DNA from: Octopus vulgaris
Lineage: Eukaryota
DNA length: 64,000 nucleotides
Direction: 5' to 3'
NCBI GenBank assembly: GCA_951406725.2
Contig: OX597823.1
Span: 64,046,001 to 64,110,000 of the forward strand
Shown: positions 39,742 through 53,720 of the stretch, in pieces
How the letters are laid out: each line of letters opens with the position of its first letter
How positions within the stretch are numbered: position 1 is the first letter of the stretch
Program-made: the position numbers and the translations under genes
Notes under the pieces: model-generated
The model's input: only the letters and a program-made list of their open reading frames with translations
Told to the model about the DNA's origin: nothing
The model's database searches: none

Positions 39742-40236
39742 GCACATAAAAGTTGCAGTGGTATCACAAGAAAGTTGACAGAGAAAGCAGCCTTTATATG
39801 TTGCAGATATGCAGGTACATTAAACACCAGAAATGTGCAATAAATCAACTCCCTCAGATGTCCTTACAAGTGGTAGACAGTTTCTGTTACTCATGCAATC
39901 AAGTTAGCAGTGGAGGAGATAGTTCTGAAAGTGTAGCTGCTAAAATAAGAATAGGCTGGGCAAAGTTCAGAGAGCTTCTACCTTTGTTGGTAACAAAGGG
40001 CCACTTCCTCAGAGTGAAAGGCAGATTGTATGATGCCTGTATATGGACAACTATGCTACATGGCAGTGAGATATGGGCTGTGACTGCTGAGGGTATGTGA
40101 AGGCTTGAAAGAAATGAAGCTAGTATGCTCCACTGGGTGGATAATGTCTGTGTTCATGTACAACAGAGTGTAAGTGATTTGTGAGAAAAATTGGGTGTAT
40201 GAGGCATCACACGTAGTGTGAAAGAGAGAAGACTGT
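39742..40236 (+). mobile_element. RTE-clade LINE reverse-transcriptase C-terminal fragment
   Basis: VVDSFCY..VSSGG.SSESVAAKIRIGWAKFRELLPLLVTKG..LRVKGRLYDACI.TTMLHGSE.W, with stops downstream. A related upstream piece lies at about 5130-5250. Confidence 0.85.
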
Positions 40237-40480
40237 AGAAAAAATTTCTATAATTTTTCCTACCCTATATTAATTTTAAGAAATGATTTTAGCAATTCCT
40301 GAAGTTTAGTCGGAATTTTTTATTTGCTGCTGAGTGAAACTGCTCTTGCACGGTGGATTTGAAAACTTATAATATATAAGGATGAAACACATGTTATTTT
40401 GTCTCTAATTTATATGTTAAATATAACATATAATATATAATATAATATAATATAATATATAATATAATATATAACATATA

Positions 40481-40536
<56 letters not shown>

Positions 40537-40569
40537 CATATATATATATAACATATATAATATAGCGTA

Positions 40570-40640
40570 CCAGCTGATGAAAACTTCGCCTTGCAAATTA
40601 TTTTATTTGCTAATCAAAGTTCGAAACCTAAGGTCTGGCT
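40570..40640 (+). ncRNA. Probable slightly degenerate minimal hammerhead motif
   Basis: ccag-CTGATGA(40574-40580)-a-aactt...gcaaat/atttgc...aagtt-c-GAAA-CCTAAGG-TC-tgg. Core, stem II and GUC are intact; stem I is one nucleotide out of register. Confidence 0.55.
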
Positions 40641-40822
40641 GTAAAACATGTTTTTATTTTTCATTCCCTTCGAAATTGCTCTTAACTGTGATTTGGACGT
40701 TTTGACCGTCCCTTCTAGCATGTGAGGAGACTTGTTAAGACCCACCTCTTTTGCGTTTAAATGTACACTAATTTTATATATGTGTATATATATATATATA
40801 TATGTGTGTGTACATATATACT

Positions 40823-40861
<39 letters not shown>

Positions 40862-43800
40862 TCCCTTGAATCACTTGCACTTATAATTAATAGGGATAAA
40901 TTAATATCTGCATAAATACAGCAATACATTTTCCAAACTTTCATTAGCTTAGGTCTTTTTTTTCCTCATAATATACCTTAAATCTTATCATAAGAACTAA
41001 TATCTTCAAGTTTAATAACAGTCCTTGACATTTATGATCTGTCACTTTAAATCTGCTCCAACACATATGAGTTAAGCTCGTAAGCTCTTTGCTCAATATT
41101 CTGTCTGCGTTCATATGATAATTTATACCTCAAGCAGAAATACTGCCCTTTGGCAGGTTTTCTGTTTGTACGTGTTAAACTGAAAAAGCCTAATGTGGTA
41201 ACAATTAATAGAGTATGCATATTGTATTATATACATTTGTGAATAACTGAATGAAACTTGAATGAAATGTGTTATTTCTATGCATCTTTGATATGATAAT
41301 TATAGTTTAAAAAGTTTTCACAAGTATACTCAAAATATCTTGAAGAAAGGCCTTGGAATCCATTTTTGATAAAAACAATTGAATAGTAGCAGCTGAGAGA
41401 AATGGAGAGAGGGGGAAGGAGAGAGAGGAAAAGTGAGCAAGGAAGAGTGTTGCAAGGAAAGGAACTGAAGATAACGAAGAAAAGTAATTGAAATAGAAGT
41501 ATTACAAAAAGAGATGGAAAGAAAGAGAGAAGAAAAACACTACAATGAGCATGAGAAGAAAATTTATAAGGATAGAGAAAAAGGAAGACAAAGAGGGAAA
41601 CAGGTGTTAAGCAAAAAGGAAAACCATGTAGTCAAGTATTTTTAATTAAAAGAATTGAATGGATGTGGTTAAGAGAGTAAGAGAAAGAGAGAGAGAGAGA
41701 AAGAGAGAGGAGGGGAAGCATTGTAAGGAAAGATAGTGAGAATAATTGTGAGAGAAGAAAAGCATTAAGAATAGAGAAAGATAGAGAAATAGAAGCAGTA
41801 AAAAAAGACATGGAAAAAGGGAAGACTTAAAAAAAATCCCTTCTAGCAACGTCTAGATTTTATTTCACAGTGAATTAAAATTGAATCATGTAGTTGAAAT
41901 GATCAATAATAAAAGGGAATTAAAAACCACATTTTGTTAAAAATATACAAAAATTGGAATTTAAAAAATTTTGTAGAAGATGTAGACTTAAATAATTGCT
42001 TTCTACTAGCTGATTCAAAAGTAACTACCTTCATTATAGTATAGATATAGCCTCAATCATTATTCCCCATCTACACCTATTTTCAATCCCACATATGTAT
42101 GCTTCTTCTAAGAAACTATGACATGATATTTTTCAGAAATTTTTCCTGATATTTTTTAATGTTTTCGTATATGTATTTTTACATTGTTTATATCTTTAAT
42201 ATTTAAATATTTAAAATATTTTTGATATTTGTTCATACTTCTATATTTTGATGCTGTGTATTTGATATTTTATGTTTATATCTTACATTAGGAAACTTGT
42301 GCTATCGCATATATCTTCATATATATATAGATATATATTTTTCATTTCTTATGTTTATATTCTTTTAAATCCTGAGATTTTTTATCGACATATGGTATAT
42401 AGTTATTTTCTATAGTCTACTACGTCTGTATCAGAGTTTTTACACACCCCATTATTATATTAACATTTTAAGTTTTATATTCCTCCCACTTCTCTAGTTA
42501 CATGCCTCCTGCTTCTCTAGTTATCATATCATTTTGTTTATTTCCTTAGTCTTTGTCGAGCTATGTTGGTGTGTATGTTAACACTTCTTATACCAGCATA
42601 AAATCCACCCTCTCTCTGTATGATTGGTAATGGTGTTTCTCACAACCCTTGAAAATTTTCTCAAAGCACTTTCTTAATTAAAATGGTTTGCAAATGATTA
42701 GTTTTTAGAGTATTATAGTTCACTTGAAGCATTGTAGTACACAAGTATTTCTCATTTCAATCAGTTTATAATTTTAACCCATATGCATTAACTTTATTTA
42801 GCTATTAACCTTAACATGTCATTCTCAATGATTAAGGGTGAATTATCCAATTGTTTAGAGGGTTTCATGCTTTGATCTCATTCCTGTATTATTTCTTCTT
42901 TCATCCTAAATTTTAGGGTTTCTTCTCTTTTAATCATTAACTCTATATTTGTGAGTTTTGCTTCTAAATTTCAAGACTTTATTTATTTCCAACCACATGT
43001 ATCAGTTTTTGCTTTTATGGCTTTCTAAGATGCATAATTGAATCGCCACCTCTATAGATTTCATTTGGTTTCCTTATTACTCACCTCAGTAACCCTTAAC
43101 GTGGTTTTCATTATTGTTTCTCCATAAGTCTTTATCTTATGCACATTTTCACATAATATACCTTAAGTACAGATCTCTGTTGCACTTTGTCTCATTTTTA
43201 CATTATTACAGCCTTGTCTGGGATTCTTCAGTTCATCCTTAGTTACATTCATAATTTGTTTTATATCAATATTTTCCTTTATCTTTCATTTTGCTCTTCT
43301 CTTAATACTATTAAATTAGCATCCCATCACCCTCTACACCCCACTGCATCACTACATAGCCTTTATTGCCAACACCACATAAAACCTGTGCTGGTGCTAC
43401 CTGAAGCTCATGCCAGTGCCACGAAAAAAGCACCTGTGCTGGCACCATGTAAATGCACCCAGTACACTCTGTAAAATGGTTGGAGTTATGAAGGGAATCA
43501 AACTGTAGAAGCCATGACAAATCAGACAACTGGTGCCTGGTGATTCCCCACCCCCCTCCAGCATTCCAGCTCCTGTCAAACCATACCAACAGATGTCAGC
43601 TTGGAAAATAGATGGTAAATGACGATGACGATGATGATGGTGTTTTGTCATAGCCCTGGAGGTACTTCTTCCTTCACTTGATTGTTTAGTCTGAACCTTG
43701 AACCATATACTTACAATTTTGTTCTTCTGTAGCCAGTCATACTTGCCTCCTGTCAATTCCTTATTTCCTTCATTTCTGCCTACCATGTAGTTGCATTATT

Positions 43801-43880
43801 ATCTCTCTGCATTCTGACACAGGACAATTTTTAAATGAGCTAACTTACTAATTTAATTAACCAATAAGCTATTAATTTAC

Positions 43881-44110
43881 TTAACCCATTCGTTACCAAC
43901 CTGGCTGAAACTGGTTCTGGGTCTTTAGTATAAATGTCTTGTTTTCATAAGTTTTGAATTCAAATCTTCCACCAAATCTTAGTCACAATTTATGTTCTTA
44001 ACACTAGCTTAATGATAACGATGTTATTTTACTAAATTCTTTGTTATATTTAAAATAATTGGAAGAAACACAGAGCATCTCAAAATAAATACAGTAATGA
44101 AAGGGTTAAT
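43881..44110. mobile_element. Second TTAA-flanked MITE (piggyBac-like)
   Basis: ttaa-cccattcgttac ... gtaatgaaaggg-ttaa. Confidence 0.65.
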
Positions 44111-44723
44111 CCCTAATCATTCGAAAAATGAATTTTATCTCATTCATCCCCTCATTCCAATGAACTCTGTAATTTTTTACCCCCTTTCCATTACATTTGT
44201 TTCGGTTTTTTTTTACATTTTTAATGTTTTTCCTTTTTAGTTTATTCTCATCTTTGCCCTACTCAACATAAAGGGTCAATGGGTCACTGATACATGGTTC
44301 CATATATATATGTCTACCTCTGTCAATCCACTTTAACATTCTTCAAAGGAATGAATATTAAACAAAATATTGTCCGGAACTATCTTATTATCTTAATCAT
44401 CTGTCTTATGGCTTGCTCTTGGATTTTATTGCCAGTCACGTCTTCCTTTGCCTATCATGCTACTACTCTCCAAATTACCATTTTCATCTCAGCACTTATA
44501 TATTCATCCTTTTCTTAAACACCATTATTACTGCTACCACTAACATTGTGGTCGTCATCATCATCATCACCGTTGCCGCAGTCATCATCACCATTGCTAC
44601 TGCCATCATCGCTGTCACTGTCATCACCATTGTCACTCTCGCTGTCATTGCCAGCATTATCATCATCCCCATTGCTGTTGTTGTCGTTGTTGTCATCATC
44701 AACATATTATTATTATTATTATT

Positions 44724-45140
44724 CTCTCTTTACTCTTTTACTTGTTTCAGTCATTTGACTGCGGCCATGCTGGAGCACTGCCTTTAGTCGAGCAAATCAA
44801 CCCCGGGACTTATTCTTTGTAAGCCCAGTACTTATTCTATCGGTCTCTTTTTTGCCGAACTGCTAAGTTACAGGGACGTAAACACACCAGCATCGGTTGT
44901 CAAGCAATGCTAGGGGGACAAACACAGACACACAAACACACACACATACACACATATATATATATACATATATACGACAGGCTTCTTTCAGTTTCCGTCT
45001 GCCAAATCCACTCACAAGGCATTGGTTGGCCCGGAGCTATAGCAGAAGACACTTGCCTAAGATGCCACGCAGTGGGACTGAACCCGGAACCATGTGGTTG
45101 GTTAGCAAGCTGCTTACCACACAGCCACTGCTGCGCCTAT
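44724..45140 (-). mobile_element. SINE family A inserted in (TTA)n
   Basis: Reverse complement of the 57990 copy. Confidence 0.9.
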
Positions 45141-45194
45141 TATTATTATTATTATTACTATTATATTTATGTATGTGTCATATACACACAGGAG

Positions 45195-45590
45195 GCCTAT
45201 TGAGTCAAGTATGTCAACATCAACATCAAAATAAAAATCAAATGGAAAATGTAGTTATGATACCCGTACTGGTGGCGCATAAAAAGTGCCATCCGAACGT
45301 GGCTGATGTCAGCGTCGCCTTACTGGCGTCCATGTTGGTGACATGTAAAAAAGCACCAACCGATCATGGCCGTTTGCCAGCCTCCACTGGCCTCTGTGCC
45401 AGTAGCACATAAAAAGCATCCACTACACTCATGGAGTGGTTGGCGTTAGGAAGGGCATCCAACTGTAGAAACACTGCCAGATCAGACTGGAGCCTGGTGC
45501 AGCCTCCTGGCTTCCCAGACCCCGGTCAAACCATCCAACCCATGCTAGCATGGAAAACGGACATTAAACGATGATGATGATGATGATGAT
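45195..45590 (+). mobile_element. RTE-related 3' UTR fragment with (GAT)n tail (similar pieces at about 43380-43640 +, 39595-39690 -, 27620-27760 -)
   Basis: Shares gagtggttggcgttaggaagggcatcc...ccaacccatgctagcatggaaaacggacattaaacgatgatgat with the tail of 28866-29441. Confidence 0.7.
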
Positions 45591-46156
45591 GTGTGTGTGT
45601 GTGTATGTTTATACAGACATATATTTATATATATAGATCAATGGATATGTAAATATTATAGATTCATAAATAAGGAAATACTTGCGAAATACATACATAT
45701 CATTAAGTATAGCATGAAATATACACTTAACTGTATATATATGTTTTTAGGCTGTCATTAAAATACAATCTGAGAAAGAAATATCTAATATGGGTGGAAT
45801 TGATTTTTAAGCACTAACTGATGAATTTTTTTAAAAATAAAAACTAAAAGAAATTCTTCACTTTTTCCTTTTTTTTGTTTTGTTTTGTTTGTTTTTGAAT
45901 AACGTGAAGAAGGATGCTGTAGATTTCCTTTCATTTTGATAATTTAAAGATAAATAATGTTTCAATCAACACAGTAATGGCTATTGTCATCATTGGCACC
46001 ACCACCACTAGAACCACTACCACAACAATCACCACCACTGCCACCACCAGAACCACTACCACCACAATCACTACCACTGCCACCACTGCCATCACTATCA
46101 CAGCTGCCAATACTAACACCACAATCTCTGTCATTGCTACCACCACCACCACTACC

Positions 46157-46188
<32 letters not shown>

Positions 46189-47396
46189 CAACAGCAACAA
46201 CAACAACAACAGCAACAGCAATCTCTTCCCCATAATTGAATCTCCAACTCCACTCCTCTTCCTCCTAGCATGAATATCTCCAAGGTGTGGTAAGAAGCTT
46301 GCTTCCCAACTACATGGTTCCAGGTTCAGTCCCACTGTGTGGCATCTTGGGCAAGTGTCTTCTGCTATAGACTTGCGCTGACCAGATCCTTTGTGGGTGG
46401 ATTTCATAGATAGAGACTGAAAGAAGACTGTCGTATATATATATATGCATATATGTGTGTGTGTGTCTTTGTGTTTGAGTTTGTCCTCCCCTATGGCTTG
46501 ACAACTGGTGTTGGTGTGTTAAAACTCCATAATTAAGTGCTCCAGCAAAAGAGACTGATATGGTAAGAACTAGGCTTCAACAAACAAGTACTGGTGGGGC
46601 GTGGGGATGGTGGGGAGGTGGTTGGTTCGACTAAAATTTTTCAAGGTCATGCCCCAGCATAGCCGCATTCTAATGGCTGAAACAAGTAAACCATCATAAC
46701 TATTCTCATCATCACTTTTTCCTGTTTCCCTAGCACCACCTCTCCAGCCTCTCACTCTGCTTATTTTGATGATGATGATGATCATCATCACCATCACCAT
46801 TATTGTCATCATCATTTTCATCATCAATCACCACCACCCATCATCATCATCATCAACTTCGCCATCATTGCCGTCATCGTAGTCGTCATCACCATCATCA
46901 TCATCACCATCACCATCGTAACCATATATCCACATCATGGTGATAGTTCATGCTACAAAAGCATTTAATGAAATAGCCAAGTTTGTCTATCACATCTAAT
47001 TTCCACGGAATCAGTAATTAAGGCATCACACTACTATTGCTGTCACTTATTCAACTGATGCAATTTTAATTAGGTACCACAGTTAGTTAGTACATACAAA
47101 CCAAAGAGAAAGATAGCCCCTGGCTTGAGCAGATAGGGACCATCTTTCTCAGATTAATCTAACAACTTTTTTCCAACTATTTCTTTGATCATCCTTTTTC
47201 AGAAGATCAGGGGTAGTGTCTTTGACTGTGGACATGACCTTTGCAGGGCTTCATTTCTGATGGGGAAGGAATGGGATAGATGGAAGAAACTCCGATTTAT
47301 ACTGCTACTGTAAGGAGAATTGTATCAAAATACCGAGTTATTCTCACATTCCAAAGGCTTGGTCCAAATGTTATCAACAAAATGAACTCTTTGCAA

Positions 47397-47783
47397 ATGC
47401 AGGAGTGGCTGTGTGGTAAAGAGCTTGCTTACCAATCACATGATTCCAGGTTCATTCCCACTAAGTGGCACCTTGGGCAAGTGTCTTCTTCTTCAAGTGT
47501 CTCCAAAGCCTTGTGAGTGGATTTGGTAGACAGAAACTGAAAGAAGCCCGTCGTATATATGTATGTGTGTGCATATGTTTGTGCCCCCAACATCGCTTGA
47601 CAATCGATGGTGGTGTGTTTATGCCCCTGTAACTTATCGGTTCAGCAAAAGAGCCCGATAGAATAAGTACTAGGCTTACAAAGAATAAGTCCTGGGGTTG
47701 GGGTTGATTTGCTCAACTAAAGGCGGTGCTCCCGCATGGCCACAGTCAAATGCCTGAAACAAGTAAAAGAGTTAAAGAGAGAG
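47397..47783 (+). mobile_element. SINE family A
   Basis: Same consensus; another plus copy at about 46283-46690. Confidence 0.85.
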
Positions 47784-49793
47784 CACCTAACGACCAGGTT
47801 GTGATGATAAATGTCTATCCAGCAAATATCATCCATCCCTTTGTATCATATTTCATATTGCCTTTAAAATGAAACTGGATCTCTTCTTGTCAGGTATCCC
47901 AGATGAACCAACTTCACGGCAGGAGGTGCAGATGAGGGAAGCTGCATCGAACTCCCTCATGCACCAAATGGCAGTTGCCAAAAAGCATTCGTGAAGTAAA
48001 ACCATGTAACAACACCAAATGGTGGTGCCCCAGCATGGCCACAGCTCATGAGCTGAAACTAGAATCAATCAATCATTAGCAGATCAAAAATTTCATGCTG
48101 GTGATAACCATGTAAACCAACTATTATGTGTTTCATGGTTGGACTGTCATTGATTAAATGGGCAATGCTATTGAAAGACCTTACCCTAATATATGGAACA
48201 GACACACTGGGCAGTTTCATAAAAGTCCCGTGGGTCAAGGGACCCCATGCAAATCTATGTATGCTGTAGTTTACCATCAATGCTAAAGCCTCCAGTTCAT
48301 TGCTTTGCTTGGGGTTGGGGAGAGACTGTTATGAGATTAAGATGGCTTTGACTGAGAGAACATAAAATCATACCTGCAAACTAGGGCAGATGAATTCAAA
48401 AACGTGTCAACAATTATCTATGAAATCTACAGAATCTACTAATGAAGCAGGACATCAAAGCTTTTTAACCTGGCATTGCTGACTCAGTTGGCAATTCCTG
48501 TGCTTGATTGTTTATCTTTGATGTCTTGCATTCCATCAGACCCAAGGATAATTGAAGGACCACTCAAGGTGACTTAAATCTGACCTGGCTAGGTGCATGG
48601 TCAGAAATGAACTGACTGCAATTGCTCTTTTCGAAGTAACATTACTTTTAAATGTGCAGGTGACATATGTTCAGGTTGGTAAGTTATTGGAATATATTGT
48701 TTGTTTGTTCCTTCTTGAGTCATGCCTGGCTCATAAGGGCCAGTTTCCTGATTTCCTTGGTGTATAGGTTCCCCACCTGGATGGGACACTGATCCGTCAC
48801 AGGTGAGCTGCAAGGTGCAGGAGGAAAGAATGAGAGAAAGTTGTAGTGAAAGAGTCAGCAGAAGTTTGCCATTATCATCTGCCGGAGCTGTGTGAAGCTT
48901 AGGTGTTTTCACTCATAAACATACACATCGTCCAGTCTGAAGATTCGAACCCGTGATCCCTTGACTGTGAGTCTGCTTCTCTAACCACTAGGCCTTGTGC
49001 CTCCACATTGGAATATATATCCATTCAGAAATCATGTGTTCAAATCTGCTGCTGTTATTTATTTCTCTGGATAATTTCAGAGATTCTTTTAGTCTATATT
49101 GCTTCAGTTCTCACTGTTGCTGTTTTTATTATTGTTTAGCCCTAGGCCATTCCGACTGAGCTGCCACATTTTTATTTACTTGAATAATACATGCTAACAT
49201 GGAAAAACAGATGTAAAAAGAAATAAACGAACTAACAAACTTATTCTTGAATCTTTCAAGTTAAAAATTAATCAATGTTTCTTTCGAATAAAACAGAAAT
49301 TAGCACTTTCTAGTAATTCAAATTTTTTTTTCCAGTACATTATTGAACAAATATCACTATAGATTTTATTTCAAAGAGAAATAAAGGAAACAATTTTATA
49401 TACAAAATTTTTGAAGATTTATTTTATATTTGTTTATTGTAAGATTCTATTAAAAAAATATTGAAAATCTTCTTTCTAAAATTAAAATACAATTCAACAA
49501 CTGAAATTTCAATATTCAAAATGTATTTTCTTTGCAATGGTCTTGTGGTTAGGGTGTTAAGCTCATTATTATCAGACTATGTCTTTGTTTCCTGGACTGG
49601 ATTGTGACCTTGAAGAAAATGCCCTTGAAGAAGATGTCTCATTTCACAAGGCTCCAGCCTACTCAGCTAACAAGGAATACAACCCTAATGCTTGTGCAGC
49701 CCTCTCTTCTTCCAGCTGTCATATTCTATAGGGGTCAAAAGGTTAGGTTCATGTTAGCCAGTAACTCTCACTAGTGAGTGAGCTTGTAGTTAG

Positions 49794-49830
<37 letters not shown>

Positions 49831-50240
49831 AGGAAAGAGAGAAGAAAGTAGAATGGAGCCTAATAGTGGACTGGTACTTTATTTATTGACCTCACCTCAA
49901 AGGATGAAAGGCAAATTTGATCTTGATGGGATTTGAACTCATGACACAGAAACTTGGAACAAGGTATTCTATCAAACACTCCGCTGACTTTACCAAGTTT
50001 GTTGCCTACTGGATAAAGTAGTGTTTCATCTTTTATCTCTTACTTGTTTCAGTCAGTGATGTGTGACCATACTGGGGCACTGTCTAGAAGGGTTTTCGAC
50101 AAACATGTCAACAAAAGTGGAACTTATTCTGTTACCCTGTTTTGCCAGACCACTAAGTTACAGGGATGTAACCAAACCAGCACCGGTTGTCGATTGGTGG
50201 TAAAGGACAAACACAACACAGACACAAAGACACACACACA

Positions 50241-50550
50241 GATGAGGGAAACAGAAGAAGGAATTAGTATAAATTTTTATTCAGCACAACAACCATATTG
50301 ACCCATCCTGCAGCTGTCCCTTAGGGGTAGGATATTGTGCACCTAGTTGTTTTGCATCACTCAGTGCAGGCTGTGTCACTTCAGTGGCTTGGTGTAAAAA
50401 AAAAAATAAAAGTGACACAGCCTGCACTGATTGATACAACACAACCAGATGCACAATATCCTACCCCTAAGGGACAACTGCAGGATGGGTTGAAACAATT
50501 GTCGTGCTGAATAAAGATTCATACTAAATTCATCTTTCGTTTCCCTCATC
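50241..50550. repeat. Imperfect inverted repeat (about 140-bp arms) containing a degenerate HHR-like motif
   Basis: Arms at about 50241-50381 and 50410-50550. The right arm has CTGATTGA ... GAAA-CAATTG-TC-gtgc. Confidence 0.85.
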
Positions 50551-50555
50551 AATTA

Positions 50556-50949
50556 CTAGCAGTATTGCCCAGTGTTGCTTGGGTTTGTTTTCTTTTTGAC
50601 CCTTTAGAATTGGAATTTTCGAAAAGTAAAAATTTTGCATTATGTAGCTTGTTATTCTCTTTAAGTGAACACTTTTCTGGTTGAAATACACTGAAAAATG
50701 GTGATACAGCAGTGAAAAAATTGTAAAAGATAGGGATTTTCATAGAGGAAAAGCACCTTTTTGATGTAAATAATTTTTGGTCTTAACATGGTCGGATTTG
50801 AATTTTTTCTTGTACGGAATGAAGAGCAAGCCTTCTTCTATCATACTCAATTTTGGTCAACTTGTGCAGCAGGGTCTCAGAGGAGATAGTGTTAGTTGAA
50901 GCCTACCAAACCTGCCACACACAGACAACTTCAGCTTTATATATATAGA
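50556..50949 (-). mobile_element. Complete short non-autonomous Helitron
   Basis: The minus strand starts A|TCTATATATATAAAGCTGAAG and ends with a decayed hairpin cccaagcaacactggg then caatactgCTAG|T. This is 5'-TC ... CTAG-3' inserted at an AT dinucleotide without a TSD. Confidence 0.8.
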
Positions 50950-51531
50950 TAAACTCAACAAACACTGTGGATTTCTTGATGTAAATCCAGTGGAAATTAT
51001 ATCGTTACTGTGGATGACATCAGGTTGCCCAAATGGTAAATGTGCTTTAATCGACATACTAATAGACATATACCCAAAGTCCAAATAGTTACATGTGTGT
51101 GTGTGTGTGTGTACACATATATATGAAGAAAAAAGGAAAGAAAAATGCCTACTAAGGGAGATTAAATGGCCACATCTAAAATGATGGGTGAATGATGAAA
51201 AATTTGAGATACACAGGAATAACATTGACAAGAACATCAACAACAACCATCACTACTACTGCCACCACAACAGTAATGACTACAACATAGCTAAGAGTTT
51301 AATAAAAAAAAAATTATAGCTTTATAAAACAAATCAATTGTCTATATTTGTGTATGATTTGATCCTTCTTTTTTTTTTAAGTCTTCATTTTTTGTTTTAT
51401 TATCAAAATACGTGTCCATCTGTGTGATATTTATATAACTTATTCTTGACCTTTGACTTCTAGTCGTTACTATTAATGTTTCATCAAAGAAGTTGTGAGT
51501 AGAAAGTAGTGTATCAACCGTTTTGTTGTTG

Positions 51532-51583
<52 letters not shown>

Positions 51584-51937
51584 CATTATGCTGTAGTCTT
51601 ATTATTATTATTATTATTATTGTTATTACAAATGGCTACAATGTTGAACTGAAACATCCGATTGTCTACTGGAACTTGTATAGGTTACATCCAATAATAG
51701 TATTATCGATGACCCAAACTTAGGCACCAAGCTGGCGGAATCGTTTGCACACTGGGCAAAATACTTTCTGGCATTTCTTCTGGTTTTACATTCTGCATTC
51801 AAGAAAATCTGTTGAGTTCAACTTTGCCTTTTATCCTGTTAGGATTGCTGAAACAAATACCAGTTGAGTAAAGGGGTCAATGTAATCGACTAGTTCCCTC
51901 CCCCAAAGTTTTAGGCCTTGTGCTTAAAGCAGAAAGG

Positions 51938-51975
<38 letters not shown>

Positions 51976-53280
51976 TGAAAGTGGTGAGCTGGCAGAATTG
52001 TTAGCATGCCAGGCAAAATGTTTAGTAGCACATCATCTGTCTTTTATGCTCTGAGTTCAAATTCTGTGGTGGTCAACTTTGCCTTTCATCCTTCCAGGGT
52101 CGTTAAATTAAGTACAAGTGAAACACTGGGATTGATGTAATTGACTAGTCCCCTCCCACAAAATTTCAGGCTTTGTGCCTTTAGTAGAAAACATTATTAT
52201 TTGTGAAGTATATTTGTCACTTAAATGTGGCTAAACCTTATGAGTGGATGCTACTCTAGCTTGTAGCCCTAGGAGGACACCTCCAGCTGGCAATTGACAC
52301 ACTTTCTGTGCCCTATCAGTATTTGCAAAGGGAAGCCATCCTTCCCATCTTCAACCTGACATGATATACACGGACTCGAGTTTCTGGGTATTAACTTAGA
52401 AATGCCATCTGCAAGTAAACACTATAGCTAAGTTAATAGTTATTTAATGCAGGATACATTAAAAAGTCAACTAGGAATAATCATACAGTGAGAGTTAATG
52501 ATTATTATTACATTTTCAGCAAGTGTGGGAGACAATTGTGTAGACACATGGCCTAGTGGTTAGAGCAGCAGACTCGCAGCTGAGGGATCGCGGGTTCAAA
52601 ACTCAGACCGGGCAATGTGTGTGTTTATGAGCGAAACACCTAAGCTCCACACGGCTCCAACAGAAGTATTTATAATCTAAGTAATTCTTTTTTTTTTTTC
52701 ACTCCAGCTTCAGTAAACAGTTGTAAACTGTAAATTGAACTGAATTAAACACGCAGGACAATTCTGTAGACTAAATAATCAGCTGATATTGTGTTTTATT
52801 ATATTTTAATTGTTTCAGTCATTGGACTGTAGTCATGCTGGGGCACCACTTTGAAGGGTTTTAGTCAAATGAATTGAGCTCAGTACTTATCTTTGAAACC
52901 CAGAACTTATTCTATCAATTTATTTGCTGAACTGCTAAGTTATGAGGATGTAAACAAACCAATACTGGTTTCCAAACAATGGTGGGCAACAAACACAAGC
53001 ACAGGCTTCCACATGCACACATGCACAGATGTGCACACACACATATGCGCGCATGCACACACACACACACACGCACACACACACAATGAGATTCTTTCAG
53101 TTTTCATCTATGAAACCCACTCACAAGGCTTTGGTTGTCCCAGGGCTACAGTAGAAGACACTAGTCTAAGATGCACATAGTGGGATTGAACTCAGGACCA
53201 TAGGTTTGAGAAGTTATTAGTTAAACTGAATTAAATACACTGTACAATTATAAGGATTTTGTTTTATATAATCTTTATAT

Positions 53281-53720
53281 GGCATAGGAGTGGCTGTGTG
53301 GTAAGTAGCTTGCTTATGAACCATATGGTTCTGGGTTCAGTCCTACTGCGTGGCACCTTGGGCAAGTGTCTTTTACTGACCAAAGCCTTCTGAGTGGATT
53401 TGGTAGACAGAAACAGAAAGAAGCCCATCATATATAAATATATATGTCGTATGTATACATATGTATGTATATGTTTGTGTGTCTGTGTTTGTCCCCCCAG
53501 CATCACTTGACAACCGATACCGGTGTGTTTATGTTCTTGTAACTTAGAAGTTTTGCAAAAGAGACCGATAGAATAAGTACTAGGCTTACAAAGAATAAGT
53601 CCTGGGGTCAATTTGCTCGACTAAAGGCTGTGCTCCAGCATGGCCACAGTCAAATGACTGAAACAAGTAAACAAGTAAAAGAGTAAAAAGAGAGAGAGAG
53701 AGAGTAGAGAGTAAAAGAGT
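53281..53720 (+). mobile_element. SINE family A
   Basis: Same head, body and tail. A diverged minus-strand copy lies at about 52805-53215, head-to-head. Confidence 0.85.
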
